Assembly (NCBI RefSeq): GCF_001194135.2 | Contig: NC_068990.1 | Location: forward strand, 8,664,984 to 8,711,804 | From: Octopus bimaculoides | Lineage: Eukaryota | Reading direction: 5' to 3' | DNA: 46,821 nt | Shown here: piece after piece, positions 24,601 to 36,400 of the stretch | Position numbering within the stretch: position 1 is the first letter of the stretch | How the letters are laid out: each line of letters opens with the position of its first letter | Notes under the pieces: model-generated | The model's database searches: none | What the model was told of the DNA's origin: nothing | Seen by the model: only the letters and a program-made list of their open reading frames with translations | Translations under genes and position numbers: made by a program

Positions 24601-25534
24601 TATATAAGACATAATTGTGTTGTATCGAGTTATGACCATGATATCAAGTTTTCAAGGTGTTAACCATGTCCGAAAATATTACATGACATTTTAGAAGGCC
24701 TTTGTACCGTACAGAGGCTGAAAATAACAATAACTCAATGTAGGAATAACTTAAACGGTTGGGTGGTAATATAGCAATTGTAATTGCTATGTGGTTAAGA
24801 AATCCGTGTTTCATTCCAAACAGGTAGCACAATGGTTAGATATATTCTACTTCGTCTTAGAACTGACCAATGACTCTGTAGTGGAATTTGTGTAGGAAGA
24901 AACTATGCATACACCATTAGATATATGCGTGTGCGTGTGCGTATGCGTATGTGTGTGTGTGTGCGTGTGTATGTGTGTGTGTGCGTTTGTGTGTATATCC
25001 TCCGCTTGTGTGCATATGTGTGTGCATGTGTAAGTGCGCGCTTGCGTGTATCTCTATAGGTATGCATTAGTAAGAGTATGCATTAGTTTCTGCCTGTTTG
25101 CTTGTGTCACCTAGATTTACATCAACAACTGTCAAAGTAAAACAAGAGTTGTTCATGCATCGTAGGATTATATAACTTTTCGAATGAATAGGTTACAGAC
25201 TGAAATAAATACTGAATCCGTATGAACAAATAATAAACGAATGAAAAAAATAATGATGCACATTCCTAATGACGAATATATAGAAAATTCCAAAAGCAAA
25301 GAAGAGAAATTATGCAACAGAAATCGATACGAGAGGACCGGTCCAGACGAATACTGCAGTACTGGACGTTCTAAAAAGATATCCACGTTCAGGTGGATAT
25401 TAAGATCGCCTTTTCGTACTATTAATGCTTCCGTCACAAATAATCATTTTTGAACTTAGTTGTCTGTATATATAAAACCTTGGAAGGAGTGACTTCAACA
25501 TTAATGTTGAACACTGTACTATATATAACTATGC

Positions 25535-25618
<84 letters not shown>

Positions 25619-26156
25619 NNNNNNNNNNNNNNNNNNNNNNNNNNNNNNNNNNNNNNNNNNNNNNNNNNNNNNNNNNNNNNNNNNNNNNNNNNNNNNNNNN
25701 NNNNNNNNNNNNNNNNNNNNNNNNNNNNNNNNNNNNNNNNNNNNNNNNNNNNNNNNNNNNNNNNNNNNNNNNNNNNNNNNNNNNNNNNNNNNNNNNNNNN
25801 NNNNNNNNNNNNNNNNNNNNNNNNNNNNNNNNNNNNNNNNNNNNNNNNNNNNNNNNNNNNNNNNNNNNNNNNNNNNNNNNNNNNNNNNNNNNNNNNNNNN
25901 NNNNNNNNNNNNNNNNNNNNNNNNNNNNNNNNNNNNNNNNNNNNNNNNNNNNNNNNNNNNNNNNNNNNNNNNNNNNNNNNNNNNNNNNNNNNNNNNNNNN
26001 NNNNNNNNNNNNNNNNNNNNNNNNNNNNNNNNNNNNNNNNNNNNNNNNNNNNNNNNNNNNNNNNNNNNNNNNNNNNNNNNNNNNNNNNNNNNNNNNNNNN
26101 NNNNNNNNNNNNNNNNNNNNNNNNNNNNNNNATATATATGCATGTATGTACGTATG

Positions 26157-26439
26157 AAAAACGAACCGCCACCAACTATTGTGCCTATAATGTCTGCGCA
26201 TACCTTTCAATGTCATGTATGCAATGAGGTCAGTAAAACTAACGGAAGCCTCAAAAGACATTTTAAGATCCTCAAAAAGCAGAACTTATCTGCAGCTCTT
26301 GGTGGTCCAAATCAGATATGTGGATGTCTTTTCAATACATTGTCTGGTTTAAAAAGCCACATCAGATGCCATGATGGATCTAAGGTGTAGGTACAAGACG
26401 TGGTCAGACCTCTGCATATGGAGTAGACAACCACCATGT
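26157..26439 (+). mobile_element. 5'-truncated LINE 3' end (RTE-like) with C2H2 fingers, copy 2
   Basis: CHVCNEVSKTNGSLKRHFKIL...ICGCLFNTLSGLKSHIRCHDGSKV*, ending ggagtagacaaccacc plus a TA-rich tail. Homologous to 20100-20398, with a 9-bp deletion in the second finger. Confidence 0.7.
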
Positions 26440-27229
26440 TTATATATGTATATGTTTGTATGCTTATATATATATATATATATATATNNNNNNNNNNNNN
26501 NNNNNNNNNNNNNNNNNNNNNNNNNNNNNNNNNNNNNNNNNNNNNNNNNNNNNNNNNNNNNNNNNNNNNNNNNNNNNNNNNNNNNNNNNNNNNNNNNNNN
26601 NNNNNNNNNNNNNNNNNNNNNNNNNNNNNNNNNNNNNNNNNNNNNNNNNNNNNNNNNNNNNNNNNNNNNNNNNNNNNNNNNNNNNNNNNNNNNNNNNNNN
26701 NNNNNNNNNNNNNNNNNNNNNNNNNNNNNNNNNNNNNNNNNNNNNNNNNNNNNNNNNNNNNNNNNNNNNNNNNNNNNNNNNNNNNNNNNNNNNNNNNNNN
26801 NNNNNNNNNNNNNNNNNNNNNNNNNNNNNNNNNNNNNNNNNNNNNNNNNNNNNNNNNNNNNNNNNNNNNNNNNNNNNNNNNNNNNNNNNNNNNNNNNNNN
26901 NNNNNNNNNNNNNNNNNNNNNNNNNNNNNNNNNNNNNNNNNNNNNNNNNNNNNNNNNNNNNNNNNNNNNNNNNNNNNNNNNNNNNNNNNNNNNNNNNNNN
27001 NNNNNNNNNNNNNNNNNNNNNNNNNNNNNNNNNNNNNNNNNNNNNNNNNNNNNNNNNNNNNNNNNNNNNNNNNNNNNNNNNNNNNNNNNNNNNNNNNNNN
27101 NNNNNNNNNNNNNNNNNNNNNNNNNNNNNNNNNNNNNNNNNNNNNNNNNNNNNNNNNNNNNNNNNNNNNNNNNNNNNNNNNNNNNNNNNNNNNNNNNNNN
27201 NNNNNNNNNNNNNNNNNNNNNNNATATAT

Positions 27230-27279
<50 letters not shown>

Positions 27280-27414
27280 TACTGCACAAATATAAGCCGA
27301 ATCATAATGATGGGATTATATCTGTGCATGACAAAAAAAAATGAAATATTTGATAAGCTGTGAACAAAAAGAAACATTAGTCTAACTCGAAAGATTTTTA
27401 AATACTATATCTAC

Positions 27415-27527
27415 CTTTTGTGTAATGAAACCTATCAGTCTTTGCCTCTCCTCCTGACTTATGTTGTTCTTCAGCAGAGACGAATTATCAAAAATTTGAT
27501 GTAAATCTACATGATTGTTTTCTCTCT
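27415..27527 (-). CDS. Internal coding exon (113 bp) of the CARD-coiled-coil gene
   Basis: Acceptor attttcatttcag|AG and donor CAAAAG|gtagat. Entry is phase 1, completing G|AG (Glu) with the 30325 exon; exit is phase 0, matching the 6795 exon. Encodes (E)RENNHVDLHQIFDNSSLLKNNISQEERQRLIGFITQK. Confidence 0.65.
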
Positions 27528-27961
27528 CTGAAATGAAAATCGAAGTATTAATTTCTATACTTGAGATGAATATCGTTACGATTATATTATTCAATGTATA
27601 AATGTACTGAAAAGTTAATAGAAGACCAGATTCAGGCTCAGATAAGCCTGATGGTAGAAGTGTGTATATTGAAAATTGATTTGTTGGTGTAACCGTGATC
27701 TTTTGTTGATCTGATGAGCAAGTTTTCTTTATTAGTATTAATTTGTGAAAATGCAACTGCACTGTATAATGCTGAGCTTACATATAAATAAGAACCGACG
27801 CATAATCGCTTCCATCCATATATTAATACTACACGAAGTTACGAAACACTCGAACACTCGTCATTAAATAAATATGTACTCACTTCTCATATCTCTAGAT
27901 TCTATGTTTATATGTAAATGTGTGTGTGTAGTTGTACACACACACAATACACACACATACA

Positions 27962-28007
<46 letters not shown>

Positions 28008-28378
28008 TCCTACAATAGAGGTGTATACACACGTGGAACTCCTTTTTACAGGAGATTAATAAAAGGATAATACGAAGAGAGTATATTACGAGGATGGAGG
28101 ATAACCGCACACCAATGTGCGTGTGTATGTGAGAGCGTGTATGTGAGAGCGTGTATGTGCGTACGGAAGGGGGCTGGTGACATTGACGTATGCGTGTGTA
28201 CATGTGTAGGTGTGTAAATGATGGTGTAGGTATTTGAAAGTGGTCTGTGCTAATGTGTGCGCTGGAGTGGGCGCTGGGAATTAGTCAGTGCTAGTGTGTG
28301 CGAGGTGGTGTGATGTGGTGTGGTGGTGTTGGGGTGTGGGAATGGTGAGAGTGGAGGAAACAAACATATATGCATATA

Positions 28379-28420
<42 letters not shown>

Positions 28421-28782
28421 NNNNNNNNNNNNNNNNNNNNNNNNNNNNNNNNNNNNNNNNNNNNNNNNNNNNNNNNNNNNNNNNNNNNNNNNNNNNNNNN
28501 NNNNNNNNNNNNNNNNNNNNNNNNNNNNNNNNNNNNNNNNNNNNNNNNNNNNNNNNNNNNNNNNNNNNNNNNNNNNNNNNNNNNNNNNNNNNNNNNNNNN
28601 ATAAACAAATAGTAAATGAGTATATGCATATATACGTACAGGTATGTGCATACCGACATCCACCTGTATGTACAGGTGCATATCTGGGTACAGGACATTG
28701 CAAACAAAACGTAAACAAGAAAATAATGATAATCAGAGTACAGAAAACACACAAGCCACATAGAGAACATTTTCCTTCATCA

Positions 28783-29400
28783 ACGAGGGGGCGACCCAGA
28801 AGAAACAGGAATTTTGCAATATTATTTTATTCACCTAGTTTCACTTGTTTAAACTTTTATCGCCTTCAAAGTATTCTACATCTGAAACAATGCACCCGTC
28901 CAAGCGCGTTTTCCACTATTCGAAGAAGGGCTGCAACCCTTGTGAAATGATGCCTTTTAACGCCTCCGTCGTTTTTTTCTCCACCTCTGGCAAACCTTCT
29001 TCCGGATCAACATCCACCTGTTCTTTCATTTCACGAGAGGCATTCAGTCGTAACCGCTTTTGATCTTCCTTGAGCAAGCGAGGTACAAATTTTGTTGTAA
29101 CTATTTTCATTCGCAATCACTCACTCAAAATTCGTCGGCAAAAGTTTCAGGACGCACCAGCCATAGCAATAAGCACGCCAATTGTTCGGTGACAGTTCTC
29201 CAAAATCAGTTCATGGATTTTCTTTTCATTCGTTCGGGATGTCGACGGACGCCCTGAACGGCCTTGTAAGCTGTTTCAATCATGAAAATTTTTTCGGACG
29301 CCGTTTTCCCCGGCTGAAAACAGAATTTCATGGAAGCATGCTGTTCCTTCGTTTCAGCCATCACCAAAATTGACGAACAGGGGAGAGCACTACAAAACAA
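28783..29400 (-). mobile_element. Internally deleted mariner element
   Basis: N-terminus MAETKEQHASMKFCFQPGKTASE; KIVTTKFVPRLLKEDQKRLRL..S.EM; then a direct jump to the C-terminal EVEKKTTEALKGI...FE*WKTRLDGCIVSDVEYFEGD, and a TIR-like end acgagggggcgacccagaag at 28783. The catalytic core is missing. Confidence 0.88.
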
Positions 29401-30324
29401 AGACCCACCACATGACAGTATGAGTATGACCGAAGCCGACGACACCGGTCGGCAGACTGAGGCTTGAGGATAGCATCAAGTGGTTGTATATGTGTGTGCC
29501 TCTGACTTTGTGCCCTAAAATGCTCTCTAGTAAGTGACTGAAACAGGCGAAAGATAAAAGATTATACAGAAATAATAAAGCTTCTTTGTGGGCCATATAG
29601 TCTCAACGGGTCTGTTTGAATGTTTCCTGTGACGTATATATTGTTTCCTGGACCATCCGTTGGACGAACACTCAATTTTACTGGCTCAGTGAATCGGAGT
29701 AATGCAAAATGAACCGGCCTGCTATATATAGAACAAGAGCACAAAAATATTCACTCCTGCATATTTGTTCTTTGTGTGTGTGTGTGTGTGTGTGCGTGCG
29801 CGCGCGCGAATATATATACATGTATACACACAAATATAGCAAATCTTGAATTGAAGGAACAGTTTATATCTATACGACTAATTGAGATGTATTATTTTAC
29901 TGTTTGTTTTCAAGATAGACTTAGAAATTATCGTGCGACTAGTTTATAGTTTATTATATTTATAGCTTATAGCATAATATATTATGTGGTTGCATGAGAA
30001 CCGAAATTTCTTTGTTAGACAAAGGTTGCGCAAATTTTCACCTTAAGTGTAGATATTATGATAATAGATAATAAGTCGACGTATTACTGACTTTATTTTG
30101 TCCTAAATTACTTTATATTGTTTTAAATTATTTTTTATGGCAATATTCCATTCTTAGTGAAAATTTGATGAAAATATAACCAATTTCAGAATGAGATGCG
30201 TGTGTGTGTGGTGGTGGGTTATGCAAACAAAGTGAGTATCCGATAAGCAAGTTAGAGAAACGACACCAAAATGAAGGAAATATATTTAGAATACAGTTGA
30301 TAAAAAAAAAATTATTCAAATAAC

Positions 30325-30463
30325 CTTCGTCTCTCAGAAAATCTGCCACAAATGTGTGACCACAGATCTGAAGCACGTCACAGAATTTATGATATGATTT
30401 CTTCTCTCTGATACATAACCACTCGATAAGTTTAGTAACTTTTTCTTGCTTGCTGTGGGATTC
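30325..30463 (-). CDS. Coding exon (139 bp) encoding the C-terminal half of a CARD/death-fold domain
   Basis: Strong acceptor ttttcttttcgtgtttgcag|GAA and GT donor GAAG|gttatt. ESHSKQEKVTKLIEWLCIREKKSYHKFCDVLQICGHTFVADFLRDE fits the CARD helix 4-6 pattern (K..KLLD.L..RG..AF..F...L...G...LA..L). Confidence 0.75.
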
Positions 30464-31736
30464 CTGCAAACACGAAAAGAAACTGAAATTTAAAAGGATA
30501 TATTGATGTTTAAATTAATATCACTGAAATATGTAATACAATCAATACATACAAGATACACACGACGAACCATACTTATACATATCATTTTAAAACAGTC
30601 CCTGTTTCCACTTCTCTTAGCTCGACACTGACAAATCGTACTAATCTAGTAAAAAGTTTGGAAAAAGTACAGGGCTGGGAAACACAAGTTTTAGTAAATT
30701 CCATGAGAGTCTCTGGAGTAACCATGATATATCAAAGCAAAAGTTGAAATATTTAAAACGGTTGTCCTAACTACTCTCTTCGACACCTTATAAAAAACAT
30801 ATCAGTTAATTGACTAACTTTTACGCGAGGTGTCTGAAACGAATGAGAATACAAGTTGAGGAACAATGATATTGTGGTGGTGTGTAATATTCCTGATATT
30901 GGAAACTTCCTGATCAAGGCTCAGTATAGATGATGGTGAGGCCATCATCTAGATGTTTATTCGATTCCTAAGCATGTCATTTGTGGGCAACTTGAAAATA
31001 ATCAGTGGGGAGTCGTTAGATCACAACAATGGTATAAAGACAAATTCAGATATAACTAAAACATGAACGTATAAGATTGGGGGGATAGGGCAACATGTCT
31101 GAAAACTGAAAACTAGATCACAAAAATGTTCGTTATCTCGGAAACTATCATTGCCTTAATTGGGATTTTACAGTCAGGTAAAATGATGACTTACTTATCT
31201 GTCTTCGTATCCAAATTGCTCAAAATATCTACTTAACATAATCAGTCTGCAATCACCGTTGTAAAACATTCATAGGTCTAATAATGCACATGTATAGTCA
31301 TCAAATAGAGAAATTAGTTTCCATATCACGATATTGTAAATAACAAACATATTAAGTACTTTTACATATTTAAATGTAGATAAATTATTCAGAATATTTT
31401 GCAGTACATTTCTATTTGTTTTGAAGTTTTTTAAGCGTTTTTCCAGTCGAGCAGGTTGAACTGGGGAAACAGAAGACGAAACACTAAATACATGTAGTAG
31501 AGATTTATTTACATAAACGACTATAGATGTCTACATATATATATAACTTTACTCATTTGTATATATATATACGCTCGTACATACACACACACACATACAC
31601 AAACTCACGCACGCACACACACACACACACACACATATATAATGTATGTATATATGTATGTATGTATGTATGTATGAATATATGTATGAATGTATGTATA
31701 AATGGATGGATGGATGGATGGATGGATGGATGGATA

Positions 31737-32060
31737 TACTCTTTTACTCTTTTNNNNNNNNNNNNNNNNNNNNNNNNNNNNNNNNNNNNNNNNNNNNNNN
31801 NNNNNNNNNNNNNNNNNNNNNNNNNNNNNNNNNNNNNNNNNNNNNNNNNNNNNNNNNNNNNNNNNNNNNNNNNNNNNNNNNNNNNNNNNNNNNNNNNNNN
31901 NNNNNNNNNNNNNNNNNNNNNNNNNNNNNNNNNNNNNNNNNNNNNNNNNNNNNNNNNNNNNNNNNNNNNNNNNNNNNNNNNNNNNNNNNNNNNNNNNNNN
32001 NNNNNNNNNNNNNNNNNNNNNNNNNNNNNNNNNNNNNNNNNNNNNNNNNNNNNNNNNNNN

Positions 32061-32091
<31 letters not shown>

Positions 32092-32259
32092 TACGACGGG
32101 CTTCTTTCAGTTTCCGTCTACCAAATCCACTCACAAGGCTTTGGTTGGCCCGAGGCTATAGTAGGAGACACTTGCCCAAGATGCCACGCAGTGGGACTGA
32201 ACCCGGGACCATGTGGTTGGTAAGCAAACTACTTACCACACAGCCACTCCTACGCCTAT
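31737..32259 (-). mobile_element. tRNA-derived SINE (family A) spanning an assembly gap
   Basis: Head ggaGTGGCTGTGTGGtaag...cccgGGTTCAGTCCcactgcgtggc at 32259-32094, then the internal TA tract and the gap. The family tail ...aaagagtaaaagagta lies at 31753-31737. Confidence 0.85.
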
Positions 32260-33366
32260 TGGACATATATTTAATAATTATAAAACAATAAGATGGAATG
32301 GACAGGTTTTAATCACAATCCCAACAATTGTTTCTGTGCAATGATAATAGCAGTCAGTTATTCAGTTTTTCATATTATACCATACTATTCCATAAGATAT
32401 AAAAATAACTACATAGATAAATATAACCCAGTAACAACTGTGTACTAGCTCATCATCAGGTGATTAGCTGGACCACGTTCAGTTTCCCATCGATATATAT
32501 TCCTCAATATATCTTTAGCATTCTCTCTATAATGGATAAATTATAGATTCAAATAAATCGAAGTCATAAAAATATCAAATATAGTGATGGCAGTAGAAAC
32601 TCGAAAATATAGATTACAAAAGAAATAGACCAAACTTACTTAATGGAAATAAACATTAAAAGTATAAATATAAATCAAACCTAAAATTCTGTCTTTTTTA
32701 TTCTATCATAAACATGTCTGTCTTTTTATAAAGATAGATTAACACACAGATATATACAGACTAGACGTATTCGTTATCTCTTTTGTCTGTAAATGTTTTT
32801 CTTCAAAAGAGTCGTGGTCATCCTATTAGCCTAGCAGGATATCAACTTGTCTGCCAGTCCACTAATAAAACTTGATTTTTGTCGTCCTGGTACGCATGAC
32901 ATTTAATTAGTCTTTAAAAGATTCCTAGCGCACAAGAAGAGATTAATTCGCCTGCACCTACATACACATAGATCTNNNNNNNNNNCTATAATGTAGAGTT
33001 TATCAATATCATATACATAATATATGTGCAGATAAACGCTACTAGCTGCGGTATTTCGTTCGGGAATGTGCCTTTAAAAGCATATGGTTTTAGAAAGGCA
33101 CGGTACACTTCAAAACTAGTAAAACCGCAATTGCTCGGGACTGAACAAGAACAATAGATGTCGATATGTCACAGTTTTTACTCTGCTCATCAGTGTCGTA
33201 AGCTATAGCCATCTCCGAATCCGAATCTGCCAGTCATATTTAATATATATATATATAAAATATCAAAGGTGCACAAATAACGTACTCCAAATGAATTAAA
33301 AAGGTGATATAATCCAATGGTAGAGAGAAATCCATGAATCATACCCGGATTTTCCACATTACACAC

Positions 33367-33420
33367 AAGGCGGTGCGCCATCATAGCCTCAGTCAAATGT
33401 CTGAAACAGGTAAAAAAAAG
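33367..33420 (+). mobile_element. SINE family A 3' tail fragment
   Basis: aaggcggtgcgccatcatagcctcagtcaaatgtctgaaacaggtaaaa matches the tails at 40028-40080 (minus) and 40540-40595 (plus). Confidence 0.7.
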
Positions 33421-36400
33421 TGTATATATATATTTGAATAAAAGAAGTGTAAAAATATCGCTTGCCAAAGATGAAAGCGAAAGCTTCAAAGACCACCAAT
33501 CCTACGATAAATAAAAATAATAAGGTAGAAGTCTTGCTAACCACCTCCGTATTACTGTTTTTAACAGTAATAATACTTTTATATAGTTGCTTATATACAT
33601 ATATATATATATATATANNNNNNNNNNNNNNNNNNNNNNNNNNNNNNNNNNNNNNNNNNNNNNNNNNNNNNNNNNNNNNNNNNNNNNNNNNNNNNNNNNN
33701 NNNNNNNNNNNNNNNNNNNNNNNNNNNNNNNNNNNNNNNNNNNNNNNNNNNNNNNNNNNNNNNNNNNNNNNNNNNNNNNNNNNNNNNNNNNNNNNNNNNN
33801 NNNNNNNNNNNNNNNNNNNNNNNNNNNNNNNNNNNNNNNNNNNNNNNNNNNNNNNNNNNNNNNNNNNNNNNNNNNNNNNNNNNNNNNNNNNNNNNNNNNN
33901 NNNNNNNNNNNNNNNNNNNNNNNNNNNNNNNNNNNNNNNNNNNNNNNNNNNNNNNNNNNNNNNNNNNNNNNNNNNNNNNNNNNNNNNNNNNNNNNNNNNN
34001 NNNNNNNNNNNNNNNNNNNNNNNNNNNNNNNNNNNNNNNNNNNNNNNNATTTCTGAACTTCGGTATGTGGTGAAGCAAATGTTTGCTGATCCCTTAATTA
34101 TGTATATATATATATATATATATATATCGCAGAATATAGAGCACAATTGAAATTTAATGATAGAAGTATCTCAATAGTGTAAGCAATACCAATATCCCAT
34201 ACTTAATGTATGTCTGTTGTTAAATAAGCCATGTATGTATGTATGCATGTATGTATGTATGCATGCACGCATGTATGTATATATGTAAATATGCATATAC
34301 AGAGATGTATATCTTATAATAGTCACTGTGCGTCGTGATGTACATATGTAACCTAAACACCATTCGTTTCGGAAATAATTCAATATATTTAAATTCAATT
34401 ACAAAAACATTTCCGGAACAAAACTCTCTTTATCGCTATGCGAAGCTCGAGATTGAACCAGAACCCTCTTGACTGAGTTATTCCCACAATATGCAATACG
34501 GTCCATGTTTACTATGGTTGAAATGAGAATATTTTGCTGACTTGTATCAAGCGCAATATGTTAACAAATGTGTAGCAAAAATAAATAATCATTACAAATT
34601 CAAATTCATTCAAAATATGAAAGGTTTGTTGTGTTTTTATAGAATTTAACACCTTTCTTTGACATGTTTTCTATTTGTCTGAAATCAATATATGTACATA
34701 CATAATAGAAAATCTGTGTTGAAGACTTTTGTTTTTAGGGGTTTTTCTTTTTTTTTTTTTTTTTTTNNNNNNNNNNTTTTTTTTTTTTTTTTTTTACAAA
34801 CTAACTTCTTAATATCAAACACTTTGCTGTCACAAAAGTCTTGGTTTGATAAACTGCCTAAGCAACTCAGTTGTCGCTCGGGGAGCTGAAAATAGCAACC
34901 GAAATTCTTACAAATCACCACTTAAGAAGGGATTATTCTATTAATAAGGCTTATATTGAATATTAGCGCGTTTCAGGTTATATTTTTGTGAGATAATTCC
35001 TATTAATAAATGATAAATGGTCATGATTGCAGCACTTTTGTTTTTCAATTACAGCTAATATACTATTACTGAACAAAACCACAGTTTACTTTAATGCAAG
35101 AAGAGAAGGCTTCTGCACGGGCCCATGCACTGCTGCATAGCAAGCTAATTTCCCTCAAATTAGACATTACTTACTTAACCTAAGGAAGGATAAATTTTTA
35201 AATGTAATCCCGTATTCAAAACAAACACGATAATCTTTATAAAAAGATGGTTAGCTGGTCGGTTGGCTGGTTGATTTATTGATTTCTAAGTTACGTTGTA
35301 GAGAGAAAGGGAAAACAGTAGAAGAGGGACAATTAGTATAAGAGGAACAGGGCAAGTGCACATAGTAGGCTTAGTAGCAAACAATGAGTAAAGAACGCTA
35401 TACACGGGAACAGTGAGGCAGAAAGACTCATAGAAGTATAGGGAGAGGAGGACATGCTGGAAGTGAGGTAGGAAATGTCACAGTTAAAGATAAAGGGAGA
35501 GAAAGATAGAGAGAGAGAGGGCAGTATAATAAAGAGCAATTTATTATAGCATAAAAAATATTAGTAGAAATAAAAGATAGATAAAAGAAAGTACAGGGAA
35601 TAAAAGATAGAGGGGAACTGAAAGAATGAGTTGGAGGAAAAGCTGATAAATAGAGTAGAAAGAGAACAGGCGAACGAGAGAGAGAAAGTGCGTAGGTGAG
35701 AGGGTGAAAGGTCGAAAGTCGATAGGGAAAGGGTGGTCAGTAATAAACATATTATGGAAGAAATTAAAGCATTTATTTAAAACTTTATTTGAAAAAGAAT
35801 AAAAATAGAGGTACAAAGAATAGATTTATCAATTGAAAAGGTATTTAAACAGTTCGACGTGTAAATGTTTTATATTCCTCTCAATAAATCAACGTTTTAT
35901 AGAGAGAAATAAACATAAATGAAAATATCTTTGTATCAAATATAAATAGAGAAACAAGTTCGTATTACGTAAAGTGAGAATATGAACTGACACATTCAGA
36001 AATACGAATGTGTGTATGTATTAGATATATACTCACACAAAATATATAAATATATATATATGCATACACAAATGCATGCACATACATTCACACAGATATA
36101 CATGCATACAAATTCACACACATACACGCCTATCCACATACACACATGTATGTCAATTTCAATCTAAAATATCTCTCTTTTGAAAATTTCCATTCATTTC
36201 ATTATATTTTATAAGCACAAAGAAATTTGATGGAAACTGAAGTATGATTTGTATATGCACGCCATATTTCCTCTTATTACCCTTGGTGACAAAAGCATAC
36301 TTCCAAAGTTACCCTTCATCTGCCAGGTGACTCTTTTGTATATTTAACCTCGCTCAAGTCTACAAGAAACACCTCGTCCATTGTTCTACTAGCGTGAGAC

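Noticed and set aside
20145-26390. C2H2 zinc-finger host genes at 20145-20354 and 26142-26390
   Set aside because: They are two dispersed homologous copies with a shared retroposon-type 3' end and TA tail, no splice context, and degenerate fingers in copy 2.
27382-27762. Full 126-aa ORF
   Set aside because: Only 27415-27527 is bounded by splice sites and phase-compatible; the remainder looks intronic.
31190-31290. Possible minus-strand exon with a gtaagt donor
   Set aside because: All three frames contain stops before the donor.
20990-32259. tRNA genes at A/B-box motifs (about 21040-21096 and 32190-32259)
   Set aside because: No complete cloverleaf is evident, and the motifs continue into SINE bodies.
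33190-33600. Hydrophobic, membrane-protein-like minus-strand ORFs with a strong-looking acceptor (ttttacctgtttcag)
   Set aside because: The apparent acceptor is the reverse complement of a SINE tail, and the hydrophobicity comes from AT-rich sequence.
35330-35820. Minus-strand L/F/S-rich ORFs
   Set aside because: They derive from a degenerate GA-rich low-complexity tract.
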